From a virus (taxonomy: Duplodnaviria; Heunggongvirae; Uroviricota; Caudoviricetes), in IMG/VR virus record IMGVR_UViG_2526164664_000035: a stretch of DNA of 45,710 nt, one strand, 5' to 3'. Each line of letters begins with the position of its first letter. Within the stretch, counting starts at the first letter, position 1. The notes below the pieces were generated by a model that did no database searches, had not been told where the DNA came from, and saw only the letters and a list, made by a program, of their open reading frames with translations. Made by a program: the position numbers and the translations under genes. This document shows, piece after piece, positions 22,235 through 31,752 of this stretch.

Positions 22235-22946
22235 GTCTTACCCCCAGAAGGGGATCTGTTCAAATTAGGAATTATGGATATGGTCGCTTGAACAAATCCG
22301 GGTTACGGTTGATTTGTAACGGGTTTGTTCGTGACCGCATTCATGAGCAAATCAGGCGTGGATTGCGCCAACAATACATGCCGCTCATATCACGAAGCCC
22401 AGCCATTGATGCTGGGTTTTCTTTTTTAAAGCGTACTAGACAACCGTATCCACAGAGTGTCAGCAATGAGTTGGTTAGGTCTGGTTCTTGGTGGAAGTAC
22501 GCTTTAAAAAATGGGCTGATGGTGTAGCCCAAAATACTGAGTGAATGGTAAGGATGAACAACGGTTTTGCTCTGGGTGGATTTGGCTGTGGTGGCCGGCG
22601 CTGATCTCCGGCTTGTATACAGGCACCTTGTTCTTCCGAAGCTCTCCTGCGCGCATCAGCCTGCGCATTCACCACACCGGAAAGAGCACTCAGTTGTACC
22701 GGCCAGTTGTGCCACTAAGAAATGCTTTCGCAGACCGTTAAGCTCTTTGCCAGTTCTTTAATGCTCTTACCTGTTGTGTGCCCATTATTAATCACACCGG
22801 GCCAGTGCGCCGAATTTGTTTACAAGGAGTCGGAAGACCTTGCTGACTTACAGGCTATTACGCCGCCATCAGAACAACATCATCGTTTGCATTTATCTTT
22901 GTGGTCAGTTTCTAAAAAACCGCAAAGTCGCCAACTCTGACGAAAA

Positions 22947-22972
22947 CTATCGTTGTGCTGCCACAACGATAA
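22947..22972 (-). terminator. Hairpin with short U-run in the late leader (possible second terminator or RNA structure)
   Basis: Perfect 11-bp stem, 3-nt loop (CTATCGTTGTG / CACAACGATAG), followed on the minus strand by TTTT. Confidence 0.35.
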
Positions 22973-23035
22973 GAGCACTCGGTGCATTTAAGCCAAGCCC
23001 CATAAGGGAGAATGCTCTTACCTGTTACACAGATA

Positions 23036-23096
23036 TAAAAAATCCCGAAACCGTTATGCAGGCTCTAACTATTACCTGCGAACTGTTTCGGGATTG
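23036..23096 (-). terminator. tR'-like terminator (3' end of the lambda-type 6S late leader RNA)
   Basis: Minus strand AATCCCGAAAC...GTTTCGGGATTTTTTATATCTG, an 11-bp stem enclosing ~34 nt, matches remembered lambda tR'. Confidence 0.7.
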
Positions 23097-23235
23097 CATT
23101 TTGCAGACCTCTCAGCCTGCGATGGTTGGAGTTCCAGACGATACGTCGAAGTGACCAACTGGGCGGAATCGGTAGTAAGCGCCGCCTCTTTTTATCTCAA
23201 TACCACAACGAGCGAATTAACCCATCGTTGGGTCA

Positions 23236-23264
23236 AATTTACCCAACTTTATTCAATAAGTCAA
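23236..23264 (-). promoter_or_regulatory. Late promoter pR'-like with adjacent qut region
   Basis: Minus strand TTGACTTATTGAATAAAGTTGGGTAAATTTGAC (-35 TTGACT, -10 TAAATT) matches remembered lambda pR', immediately downstream of Q. Confidence 0.6.
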
Positions 23265-23306
23265 TATCATGCCGTTAATATGTTGCCATCCGTGGCAATC
23301 ATGCTG

Positions 23307-23930
23307 CTAACGTGTGACCGCGTTCAAAATGTTGTCTGCGATTGACTCTTCCTTGTGGCATTGCACCACCAGAGCGTCATACAGCGGCTTAACAGTGCGT
23401 GACCAGGTGGGTTGAGTAAGGTTTGGGATTAGCATCGTTACAGCGCGATATGCGGCACTTGCTGGCATCCTTGAATAGCCGACGCCTTTGCATCTTCCGC
23501 ACTCTTTCTCAACAACTCTCCCCCACTGCTCTGTTTTTGCTATATCAACCGCACGGCCTGTACCGTGACAATCTCTGCATCTTGCGCCCGGCGTCGCGGC
23601 ACTACGGCAATAATCCGCATAAGCGAATGTTGCGAGCACTTGCAGTACCTTTGCCTTAGTATTTCCTTCAAGCTTTGCCACGCCACGGTATTTCCCCGAT
23701 ACCTTGTGTGCAAATTGCATCAGATAGTTGATAGCCTTTTGTTTGTCGTTCTGGCTGAGTTCATGCTTACCGCAGAATGCAGCCATTCCGAATCCGGCTT
23801 GTGATTGCGCCATCCCCATAGCAGCCATCACATCAGTACCGGAAAGAGAGTCAGAAGCCGTAGCCCGTGGTGAGTCGCTCATCATCGGGCTTTTTGGCGA
23901 ATGAAATTTAGCTACGCTTTCGAGTCTCAT
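23307..23930 (-). CDS. Q: Late-gene antiterminator Q (lambda-type)
   Basis: 207 aa from the internal Met; [29 protein letters not shown] and the Cys-rich zinc motif CRDCHGTG...CGRCKGVG match remembered lambda Q. Confidence 0.9.
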   Translation of the reverse strand: MRLESVAKFHSPKSPMMSDSPRATASDSLSGTDVMAAMGMAQSQAGFGMAAFCGKHELSQNDKQKAINYLMQFAHKVSGKYRGVAKLEGNTKAKVLQVLATFAYADYCRSAATPGARCRDCHGTGRAVDIAKTEQWGRVVEKECGRCKGVGYSRMPASAAYRAVTMLIPNLTQPTWSRTVKPLYDALVVQCHKEESIADNILNAVTR

Positions 23931-24592
23931 GCGCCTTCTCCCTGTACATGAATCAATGTGAGGTTTCCGCAGAACACTGCGCCGGTATCGATATACATCT
24001 GGTTGGCAAACTTGAGTGGTTTCACTGCTGGCGTATGACCAAAGATGAACATGTCCGCTCCTTTGATTTCTTTCACGATCCCGTCTTGTGAGTTGCTGAT
24101 TCGTTCGCGGTTCCAAATTAACTGCTGATGATCAACTGGCTTTCCAAACTCGTATTCGTCACAAGGATAATCGGCGTGGCAGATGACATATTTTTTATCT
24201 TTGCTCACCAGTTCGATGATTAACGGAAGTTCACCTGCTTTATGGGCAAGAGCTTTAGCCAGAATTTCTTTGTCGTAATCGAGATTAAAGAACCAGCCAC
24301 CGCCATTAAGCAGCCAGTGATTGACGTTTCCACGCTCTGATAAGCCATCAATCATCATTTGCTCATGGTTTCCACGTACAGCTCTGAACCAGGGGAATGT
24401 GATTAATTCCAGACATTCGACGTTCTCTGTACCGCGATCGACCAAATCGCCAACCGAGATAAGCAGGTCTTTTTTGGTGTCGAATCCTATCGTCTCCAGT
24501 TTTTTCATCAGGTTCGTGTAGCATCCGTGCAGATCGCCAACTACCCAAATATTTCGGTATTTGCTGCCATCAATTCTTTCGTAATAGCGCAT
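23927..24592 (-). CDS. ninI: Ser/Thr protein phosphatase (lambda NinI/ORF221-type)
   Basis: GDLHGCY, GDLVDRG and GNHE metallophosphatase motifs; near-identical to remembered lambda phosphatase. Start set to Met MRYYERIDG. Confidence 0.85.
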   Translation of the reverse strand: MRYYERIDGSKYRNIWVVGDLHGCYTNLMKKLETIGFDTKKDLLISVGDLVDRGTENVECLELITFPWFRAVRGNHEQMMIDGLSERGNVNHWLLNGGGWFFNLDYDKEILAKALAHKAGELPLIIELVSKDKKYVICHADYPCDEYEFGKPVDHQQLIWNRERISNSQDGIVKEIKGADMFIFGHTPAVKPLKFANQMYIDTGAVFCGNLTLIHVQGEGA

Positions 24593-24776
24593 CTCTTTCA
24601 CTCCATCCGCGATGAACCATAAGAACGTCGTTGACGATGGCGTGCATTTTCCCGTCTTTATCATCAACGTATTTTCTTACCGTGCCGCGACTACATTTCA
24701 GTCTGCGTGCTACTTCTGTCTGGTTTCCGTATGCTTCAACGAGCATGTCTGGAATGGTTTTTACTGAGAACGTCAT
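24570..24776 (-). CDS. ninH: NinH
   Basis: 68 aa, [37 protein letters not shown] (HTH-like); matches remembered lambda NinH. Confidence 0.8.
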   Translation of the reverse strand: MTFSVKTIPDMLVEAYGNQTEVARRLKCSRGTVRKYVDDKDGKMHAIVNDVLMVHRGWSERDALLRKN

Positions 24777-25378
24777 GCGGCCTCACTTCTGCTATTTCGC
24801 AGGTCTTTGAGTTTCTGTTGGTACTCTGCCTTGATCGCCTTGCACTCTTCGATAGTCCAGCGATGGCGGCTATGGTTTGATTCGATTTCGTCTACTGCTT
24901 CCTGCCCTATGCGGTTAATCAGTTCGACGCGATACGGAACGAGATTTCCGCTTTTGTGCTGGTTGCACACCACGCATTGCTTGTGAATATTGCGTTCATC
25001 AAATCGGAGTTGAGGTGCCGCAGCAGTTGTCCGGTAATGTCCGGCATCCCACTGAGCAGACGTGAGCGTTCCGCACGAGATACATGGTAAGTCGCGGTCT
25101 CTTTCTCTGATGAAGGCGTTTACAGCTTGTTGGGCTTGTTTAATCCAGTAACTGCGGGGCTTTAAGGCGAGTTTTCGAATCTTAAGTTTATCTTTCTGTT
25201 TCTGCTCCTCTCGTCGTCGTTTCTTCTCTGCTGCTTTTTCCGCTTTTTCGCGTTCTTTACTTCGTCGTTCGAGTGCTAATTGAGTTCCGTGTTCCGGGCA
25301 GCACCACCACTGATTTGAGAATGCCGGGTGAAACCATTCCTTGCATATTTTGCATTTCCTTCTCGCTGGTTTAGCCAT
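24773..25378 (-). CDS. ninG: NinG (Rap-like recombination-associated protein)
   Basis: 201 aa, Cys-rich ([10 protein letters not shown]...CCPEH; CISCG...CVVCNQHK); matches remembered lambda NinG. Confidence 0.8.
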   Translation of the reverse strand: MAKPARRKCKICKEWFHPAFSNQWWCCPEHGTQLALERRSKEREKAEKAAEKKRRREEQKQKDKLKIRKLALKPRSYWIKQAQQAVNAFIRERDRDLPCISCGTLTSAQWDAGHYRTTAAAPQLRFDERNIHKQCVVCNQHKSGNLVPYRVELINRIGQEAVDEIESNHSRHRWTIEECKAIKAEYQQKLKDLRNSRSEAA

Positions 25379-25532
25379 CGTATTCTTCCTCGTACATTGA
25401 GCTATTCGGATCGCTCATCAGTTCTGCACAGCAGTGCTCACACACGTGAACTTCCAGCACATGCAGCTTCTGACCGCAGTTAGCGCACGTTAAAGCTCGC
25501 TCGACGCTTTCTTTCTGGTATTGAAGGGATTG
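25371..25532 (-). pseudogene. ninF: ninF, 5'-truncated at the IS3-family element boundary
   Basis: The last 54 codons (SQSLQYQKESVERALTCANCGQKLHVLEVHVCEHCCAEL...) match lambda NinF; the first codons are replaced by the IS terminus. Confidence 0.6.
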
Positions 25533-25575
25533 TGAGGTGTACTGGCAATAGCGGACACTACCATTTGTTCTTTTT

Positions 25576-26394
25576 TTAAGCAGCCATCTGATGATATTTT
25601 TCCCTGAAGGCTGCCGGGGAGATATTCCCCAGACGAGAGTGACGACGCTGACGATTGTAGAAAATCTCAATGTATTCCCGTATTACTGAGATGGCTTCAT
25701 CCCGGTTATTAAAACGATAGTGGCTCAGGCTCTCATTTTTCAGCGTTCCCCAGAAGCTTTCCATCGGAGCGTTGTCGTAACAGTTACCTTTACGCGACAT
25801 TGATGTTTTCAGACCAAACTGCTCCTGTATGACCCGGTAATCGTATGCGCAGTACTGTGAACCTCGATCAGAGTGGTGGATTAGCCCGGCAGGTGGGCGC
25901 TGGCTCCTGAGCGCCATAAACAGAGCTTTACCTGTCAGCTCTTTTGTCATGCGCTCTCCCATGGCGTAGCCGACAATTTCGCACGTATAAACATCTTTGA
26001 TGCCAGCGAGGTACAACCATCCCTCCTGTGTGGCAACATACGTCAGGTCCGCCACCCAGACCTGATTTGGTGCTGTAGGAGCGAACGTCTGGTTCAGCAG
26101 ATTTGGCGCAACTGGCAGATTGTGGTTCGAGTTCGTAGTCGCTCTGAACTTGCGTTTCTGCTTACAGCGTAGCCTTAGCTCCTTACGAAGACGTGCCAGT
26201 CGGTCACGACCAACGATGATGCCATTCTCTGCCAGCTCCGTCTGGAGCCGCCGGGTTCCATATGTTTCGCGAGTGCGGATATGTGCCACCTTAATCTCCA
26301 GTTTTAGCCGCTCATCACTTTGTTTTCTGTCTGAGGGTTCATGCTGTACCCAGTTGTAATAACCGCTCCTGGATACACCAAATACCTGACACAT
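25576..26394 (-). CDS. IS3-family transposase OrfB (DDE catalytic domain)
   Basis: WVADLTYV...HHSDRGSQY...CYDNAPMESFWGTLK DDE motifs; expected to be expressed as an OrfAB fusion by -1 frameshifting. Confidence 0.85.
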   Translation of the reverse strand: MCQVFGVSRSGYYNWVQHEPSDRKQSDERLKLEIKVAHIRTRETYGTRRLQTELAENGIIVGRDRLARLRKELRLRCKQKRKFRATTNSNHNLPVAPNLLNQTFAPTAPNQVWVADLTYVATQEGWLYLAGIKDVYTCEIVGYAMGERMTKELTGKALFMALRSQRPPAGLIHHSDRGSQYCAYDYRVIQEQFGLKTSMSRKGNCYDNAPMESFWGTLKNESLSHYRFNNRDEAISVIREYIEIFYNRQRRHSRLGNISPAAFREKYHQMAA

Positions 26395-26429
26395 CGCTTC
26401 AATGGGAAATTGTTGTCGCCATTGTTCGA

Positions 26430-26732
26430 TTAACGCGTATTTTTCAGCGACTCCTGTGCAAAATACGCTGTTGCTTTTTTTAATATATCTCGCTCAAGGC
26501 GAGCTTCATTTAACGCCTTACGCAGTTGCAGAATTTCAGATTCCAGTTCAGCCACCGTGCGGGAACCAGGAGTACCGAGCCCTTTTCTGGCGGCGGTAAC
26601 CCATTGTCCTAAAGTGCCTTCAGGAAGAGATAATCGGGAAGCGCCTTCACTGATCGAAAGTTGATTTTCAAGAACCGTTCTGACAGCTTCGGCTTTGAAC
26701 TCTTTAGAGTAACGTTGGGTTTTTCTGCTCAT
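26430..26732 (-). CDS. IS3-family transposase OrfA (HTH/leucine-zipper)
   Basis: MSRKTQRYSKEFKAEAVRTVLENQ...ILKKATAYFAQE is typical of IS3-family OrfA. Confidence 0.85.
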   Translation of the reverse strand: MSRKTQRYSKEFKAEAVRTVLENQLSISEGASRLSLPEGTLGQWVTAARKGLGTPGSRTVAELESEILQLRKALNEARLERDILKKATAYFAQESLKNTR

Positions 26733-26970
26733 TATTAGCTCCTTCTGATGCCATTCTATTTCAGGAAGGAGTGTCCGTTAAACTCAGGCTACCTCAAGAT
26801 TCATAAACCAAAAGAGGAAAAATGATGTGGCCTATATGTGTTAATTGCGGACGGATGTGCCTATCTGGATGGTGCCGAAAGTGCGACAAATGCACGAAGA
26901 AAAGACAATAACAATCCTCGCACTGACGGGGATTTCTTTTATCTGAACTCGCTACGGCGAGTTTTGTTTT

Positions 26971-27282
26971 ATGGAGATGATTATGGCCTGTTCAACATTC
27001 AACCCTTTAACGTTACAGAAATACCAGCCAGACCCTGAAGATTTATGCTCACTGTGTGGCGGAAATCATGGTAAAGCTGCCATGATCGAATGTAAGGACA
27101 AAATCCACATATGCCTTAATTGCGTTGATGTCCTCGTTGATATCAAAAATGAAAGAGAAGATAAAAAGCGTAGCGAGGCTATTCGCGCCTTAGATTCATG
27201 GATGCGAGATGGGTATAGTGCTGCGCAAATTTATGACTTAGCCATTTCAAAAGGCGAAATACCAGGTGTGCGAATCGAATAA
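26971..27282 (+). CDS. Hypothetical Cys-rich small protein (possible zinc ribbon)
   Basis: CSLCGG...CKDKIHICLNC gives two CxxC pairs; + strand between the IS and the putative attR. Confidence 0.4.
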   Translation: MEMIMACSTFNPLTLQKYQPDPEDLCSLCGGNHGKAAMIECKDKIHICLNCVDVLVDIKNEREDKKRSEAIRALDSWMRDGYSAAQIYDLAISKGEIPGVRIE

Positions 27283-27317
27283 GAAGCGCACTCAAGCATC
27301 TTTTGGGGAAATCACAA

Positions 27318-27485
27318 ATGCACTTCCGAGTCACAGGTGAATTGAATGGAGAACCATTCAACAGAGTTATCGAAGCAGAGGACATCAACGACTGCTATGA
27401 CCACTGGATGATATGGGCGCAGATAGCACATGCAGACGTAACCAATATTCGAATTGAAGAACTGAAAGAACACCAAGCCGCCTGA
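27318..27485 (+). CDS. Hypothetical small protein
   Basis: 55 aa from the internal Met MHFRVTGELNG; followed directly by a terminator hairpin. Confidence 0.3.
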   Translation: MHFRVTGELNGEPFNRVIEAEDINDCYDHWMIWAQIAHADVTNIRIEELKEHQAA

Positions 27486-27498
27486 TGGCGGTTTTTTA
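27477..27498 (+). terminator. Rho-independent terminator
   Basis: GCCGCC-TGAT-GGCGG hairpin followed by TTTTTT. Confidence 0.55.
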
Positions 27499-27507
27499 TT
27501 GCCTGAT

Positions 27508-27523
27508 TTGCAGGTTCGATTCC
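27508..27523 (+). other. tRNA T-arm-like 16-mer (TTGCAGGTTCGATTCC), possible att-associated tRNA fragment
   Basis: Contains the GGTTCGATTCC T-loop consensus and matches my memory of the tRNA-Arg(argW) T-arm; not part of a complete tRNA. Confidence 0.3.
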
Positions 27524-27542
27524 CTATTCGGAGATAGCACTC

Positions 27543-27743
27543 ATGCAACACGAACTACAACCTGATTCACTGGTTGATTTGAAATTCATCATGGCTGATA
27601 CTGGCTTTGGTAAAACCTTCATCTACGACCGGATTAAGTCCGGCGACCTGCCTAAAGCCAAAGTTATCCACGGTCGAGCAAGATGGTTATATCGTGACCA
27701 TTGTGAATTCAAAAATAAGCTCTTAAGCCGCGCTAATGGGTAA
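27543..27743 (+). CDS. AlpA/Xis-family DNA-binding protein (putative excisionase or regulator)
   Basis: 66 aa; LVDLKFIMADTGFGKTFIYDRIKSGDLPKAKVIHGRARWLYRD fits the AlpA/phage-excisionase HTH pattern with its conserved Trp. Confidence 0.6.
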   Translation: MQHELQPDSLVDLKFIMADTGFGKTFIYDRIKSGDLPKAKVIHGRARWLYRDHCEFKNKLLSRANG

Positions 27744-27816
27744 AATAGCGGGTAAAATATTTCTCACATCTAAAAAATACCATTCTAATCAATCCCCTGC
27801 CACTCTAAGTAGATGT

Positions 27817-27831
27817 CTGCAGGGGACACCA
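27817..27831 (+). other. att core-like sequence resembling the 3' end of tRNA-Arg (CTGCAGGGGACACCA)
   Basis: 15-nt match to the remembered argW 3' acceptor end including CCA, ~175 bp upstream of the second integrase. The GCAGGGG part also pairs with CCCCTGC at 27794-27800 as a local hairpin. Confidence 0.4.
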
Positions 27832-28006
27832 TGCACACCTCTCCTGAAATCTACCATACCCCACAAAAAGCCTTTATAATCAGCACATACCCTTACTTAT
27901 GTTACTCAAATAGTCGCCTTAATTCTCCTCAGGGGAACGTAAATCAAGTCACATTTGGGGGCCTATTTAGGGGCACATCTTGGTCAATCTATTGCGAGGC
28001 CCCCAG

Positions 28007-29196
28007 ATGCCACTGACAGCTCGACAAGTTGAAACAGCCAAACCCAAAGATAAAATTTATAAGATTGCCGATGGTGGTGGGCTCTACCTTCAGGTCAATC
28101 CTAACGGCTCAAAGTACTGGCGAATGAAGTACCACTATGCGGGGAAGGAAAAGAAACTATCATTTGGCACCTATCCAACTATTACATTGGCTGAAGCTCG
28201 CAAACGTCGGGATGAAGCCAAGAAAATACATGCCGATGGTAAAGATCCCGGTGAAGTCAAGAAAGCTGAAAATCTTGAGAAAAACCTTTCCGAAGGAAGA
28301 ACTTTTGCCGCAATCGCCACCGAGTGGTACAACGCAAAAGTTTCAGGCTGGTCTGCCAGCTACGCTGATTATGTCGACAGAGCATTCAAAAATAATGTGT
28401 TTCCCTACATTGGAAACAGACCCATTAGTGAAATCGAACCTCTTGAACTTCTCGCAGTTCTTCAGCGTATCGAAAGCCGAGGAGCCTGCGAGCTAGCTAA
28501 TAAAGTTCGCCAACGATGTGGTGAAGTGTTTCGGTATGCCATTGTTACAGGTCGGGCACGATACAATCCAGCTTCTGATCTGGTTATAGCAATGAAAAGC
28601 TATAAGCGAACACATTACCCTTTCCTGCTTCCTCCTGAACTACCAGAGTTTTTATACAAACTCGAAAACTAAACCGGCAGTATTGTAACCCGTGAAGCTA
28701 CAAAATTGTTGATGCTCACAGGGCTGAGAACAGTAGAATTACGTATGGGGGAATGGTGTGAGATCGATTTTACCCAAAAGATATGGGAAGTTCCTCCGAC
28801 CCGGATGAAAATGAGGAAGGAGCATATCGTCCCTCTGTCAGATCAGGCAATCCAGTCTCTGCAAATCCTCAAAGAACTGACTGGAAGATACAGATACATC
28901 TTTGCCGGAAGAAATGATGTTAACAGGCCTATCAGCGATGCAAGCGTCAATATGGTTTTGAAGAAGATTGGCTATGACAAAAAGCTACCGGGCATGGATT
29001 TCGTCATACAATGAGTACTGTTCTACACGAGCAAGGATTCAATAGTGCATGGATTGAAATGCAACTTGCACATACGGACAAAAACAGCATTCGTGGTACA
29101 TACAACCATGCTCGTTACCTTGAAGGAAGACGAGAAATGATGCAATGGTACGCTGACTACCTTGATGCTCTTCGAAAAGAGTCACCAGCTATATAA
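28007..29196 (+). pseudogene. P4/IntC-like tyrosine integrase, inactivated by at least two frameshifts
   Basis: Three consecutive ORFs in different frames (28007-28672, 28706-29014, 29011-29196) align end to end with integrase 1: TAKPKDKIYKIADGGGLYLQV... / TGLRTVELRMGEW... / ...YNHARYLEGRREMMQWYADYL. Confidence 0.85.
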
Positions 29197-29863
29197 TCGC
29201 TTGATTTTAAAGGCTGACTTAACGATATCCCCCTGATAGTCATTTATCAGTTATCTAATTATTAAGTCAGCCATAATCCCCTAAGTATCATTCCTTAATC
29301 AGATTCAGCACCTTGTAATACGACCGGTTAATTTAGAAAGAGACGATAGATAAACGCTTATGATGAAATACTAAGAAATTACTTCAGGCTCTATTAACTG
29401 GAGCTGTAATAGACAATAATTTAAATAACGCAATAGTTATATTTATATCTTAATATAAATTTCCACTGTATTTAACGTCCAGGGAGCCATCTTGAAAGGA
29501 TAAAAATTCACATTATCACCATAAAATCACAACGACACCAAAACACATTTCACAACAACACCCTTGCAATAAACCTGTTTTTAACAAAAAATCAAAGACT
29601 GAAAAGAGTTTTGATTCAGAAAACCACATGAGACATGCTTAATATTTTTCAGTTTATCTAAAGGACGCGTTCATCTTTATTACAAAAATATAAGTACACT
29701 GTACTTATTAAACATCCAAAAATCACACCAGTTAATATTTCTTGTATTACTGTAATTTCTGGAAAAATTTCTTCAAAAAAATATAGCATACATATCTTTA
29801 TATGCTATAAAAGATAAGGCAGATTTATAACATACTTGCCTCAATAGAACTATCTAAGGGTTT

Positions 29864-29891
29864 GCCTCCACATATAGTGGAGGCTTTTTTT
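29864..29891 (+). terminator. Rho-independent terminator in the AT-rich ORF-free region
   Basis: GCCTCCAC-ATATAG-GTGGAGGC hairpin followed by TTTTTTT. Confidence 0.5.
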
Positions 29892-30612
29892 ACCCAATAA
29901 CAATATTATTCTGACACTTTATTCCTGTAATCAACAGCAAAAGTATCAAACCAGATGATAATTATTTTCATATTGAGTTTTATCATTCTTTTATATTGTC
30001 AATTCTAATCATAATTTATAATAAATTTTTAATTATTATATTTGCAAAACACAATAATAATAAATTTCTCATTTTTAATTGCAAGTAATATACCTATAAC
30101 ATTTCAAGAATAAACTTTCACAGGTGATTATGACCAATGATATTAACGCCGAACCAAAACACCTACAAAGTAGTAACCAATAATAGGCATGTGACATTAC
30201 TTAACACTGGAATTAAATATCATCACGCAATGTAAATATTTATAAATTAACCAGATTACATTGACCATTTTGTTCAGTTTTATAATTATTCCAATATAAT
30301 GATATTCCAGTGTAAGTAGTTCAGGTTAGTTCATTTGAATTTTATAAGTAGACATGACGAGAAGAAATATGCGTTACTTTTTTATCATTTCTGATCTTAT
30401 TATCTATAAGTCGATCAAAGAAAGATTGATTACTATGAAATTTGATTCATGGAGTGACACATGACAAAGGGGAATATATCTGAAAGAGACTTTGATATCC
30501 TGATCAAGCTATCAGGAATACATAGCGAGAAGGCAATTCTTGCTTTGAAAAAATACTATGTCGATGGGGTCATCAGGAAAATTGATCCTACCCACGTAAT
30601 GTGGACACGGCC

Positions 30613-31456
30613 CTAAGCGAGATTATGGTTTTCAAATTGTTCCGGGCTGAGACCGCCACAGGCACTGTGACGACGCCAGCGATTGTAATCACACTCGATA
30701 TAATTAAACACCGTTGCCCGCATTATTTCCCGGCTGCTAAAGCGTTCCCCGTGGATACATTCCACCTTCAGCGAATGAAAGAAGCTTTCCACACAGGCAT
30801 TGTCATAACAGTAGCCTTTCGCACTCATACTGCCACGCAGGTTGTGTCGCTTCAGCAGCGCCTGATAATCCCCTGAACAGTATTGACCACCACGGTCCGT
30901 ATGAACAATGACGCTTTCCGGGCGTCTTCTCCGCCACAACGCCATTTGTAGTGCATCACAGGCCAGTTGTGCTGTCATTCGCGGTGACATCGACCAGCCA
31001 ATGACGGCGCGTGACCACAGGTCGATGACTACTGCGAGATACAACCAGCCCTCATCGGTACGCAAGTACGTGATGTCACCCGCCCACTTCTGGTTCGGGC
31101 CTCTGGCGCTGAAGTCCTGCTCCAGCAGATTCTCCAATACGGGCAGGCCATGTGCACGGTAGCTGACCGGGCTGAACTTTCGCCCGCAGCCCCTGACGAC
31201 GCAGGCTGGCGGCAATGGTTTTAATATTGAACTCCGGCAGTTCGTCAGCAAGGCGGGGAGCACCGTATCGCTGCTTTGCCTCAAAGAATGCCTTATGGAC
31301 AGCGGCATCGCAGGTGAGCCGAAACTGTTGGCGAAGGCTCATCTGGTGACGACGCCTGAGCCAGACATACCAGCCGCTGCGGGCAACCCGAAGTACACGA
31401 CACATCGCTTTGATGCAGAACTCTGCCCGATGATTTTCGATGAAGACATACTTCAT
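30613..31456 (-). pseudogene. IS3 transposase orfB, split by an internal frameshift
   Basis: The N-terminal part ([13 protein letters not shown]...) and the DDE-containing C-terminal part (...[10 protein letters not shown]...[15 protein letters not shown]) lie in different frames, overlapping at 31076-31308. Confidence 0.75.
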
Positions 31457-31752
31457 TTCAGGCGATTCGCGAAGTATGTCGCGGCCTTTTGGAGGATGGC
31501 CAGTTCCTCAGCCTGCTCCGCCAGTTGTCGTTTAAGGCGGACATTTTCAGCGGCCAGTTCGCTTTCGCGCTCTGACGAACTCATTTGTTGCTGCTGTTTA
31601 CTGCGCCAGGCATAAAGCTGAGATTCATAAAGGCTGAGTTCACGGGCTGCGGCGGCCACACCGATGCGTTCAGCGAGTTTCAGGGCTTCGTTACGAAATT
31701 CAGGCGAATGTTGTTCACGGGGCTTCTTGCTGATTGATACTGGTTTTGTCAT
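31453..31752 (-). CDS. IS3 transposase OrfA
   Basis: [53 protein letters not shown] closely matches remembered IS3 OrfA. Confidence 0.85.
   Translation of the reverse strand: MTKPVSISKKPREQHSPEFRNEALKLAERIGVAAAARELSLYESQLYAWRSKQQQQMSSSERESELAAENVRLKRQLAEQAEELAILQKAATYFANRLK

Larger units (their letters stand above)
25533..26796 (-). mobile_element. IS3-family insertion sequence (IS600-like), apparently intact
   Basis: ~1.26 kb; terminal inverted repeats TGAGGTGTACTGGCAATAGCGGACACT (left) and its imperfect complement ending ...ACCTCA at 26796; orfA/orfB arrangement. Flanking 3-bp sequences differ, so no target-site duplication. Confidence 0.8.
1..27831. mobile_element. Defective Sf6/HK620-like (P22-like) prophage with lambda-type Q/nin/lysis module; immunity and replication region absent
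   Basis: Contiguous int, acyltransferase, tailspike, ejection, needle, coat, scaffold, portal, terminase, Rha, lysis, Q and nin genes. Right end placed at a 15-nt tRNA 3'-end-like core (27817-27831). No cI/cro/O/P/N homologues seen. Confidence 0.7.

Noticed and set aside
22235-23306. tRNA genes in the Q-S intergenic region, as found in some lambdoid phages
   Set aside because: No segment combines a D-loop, anticodon stem and GGTTCGANTCC T-loop in cloverleaf spacing; the inverted repeats here resemble the lambda late leader instead.
22235-23306. Shiga toxin or other toxin cargo between Q and S
   Set aside because: No ORF of 60 aa or more on the late-operon strand here and nothing resembling stxA/stxB; the plus-strand ORFs are short and antisense to the late transcript.
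27754-27831. Complete tRNA ending at the ...GGGGACACCA motif
   Set aside because: The 76 nt upstream of the CCA end cannot form an acceptor stem or D/anticodon arms; only the 3' ~15 nt look tRNA-like, consistent with an att core rather than a gene.
27813-28016. 67-aa ORF overlapping the att core and the integrase 2 start
   Set aside because: Spans the non-coding att/promoter region and runs out of frame into the integrase start; no RBS.
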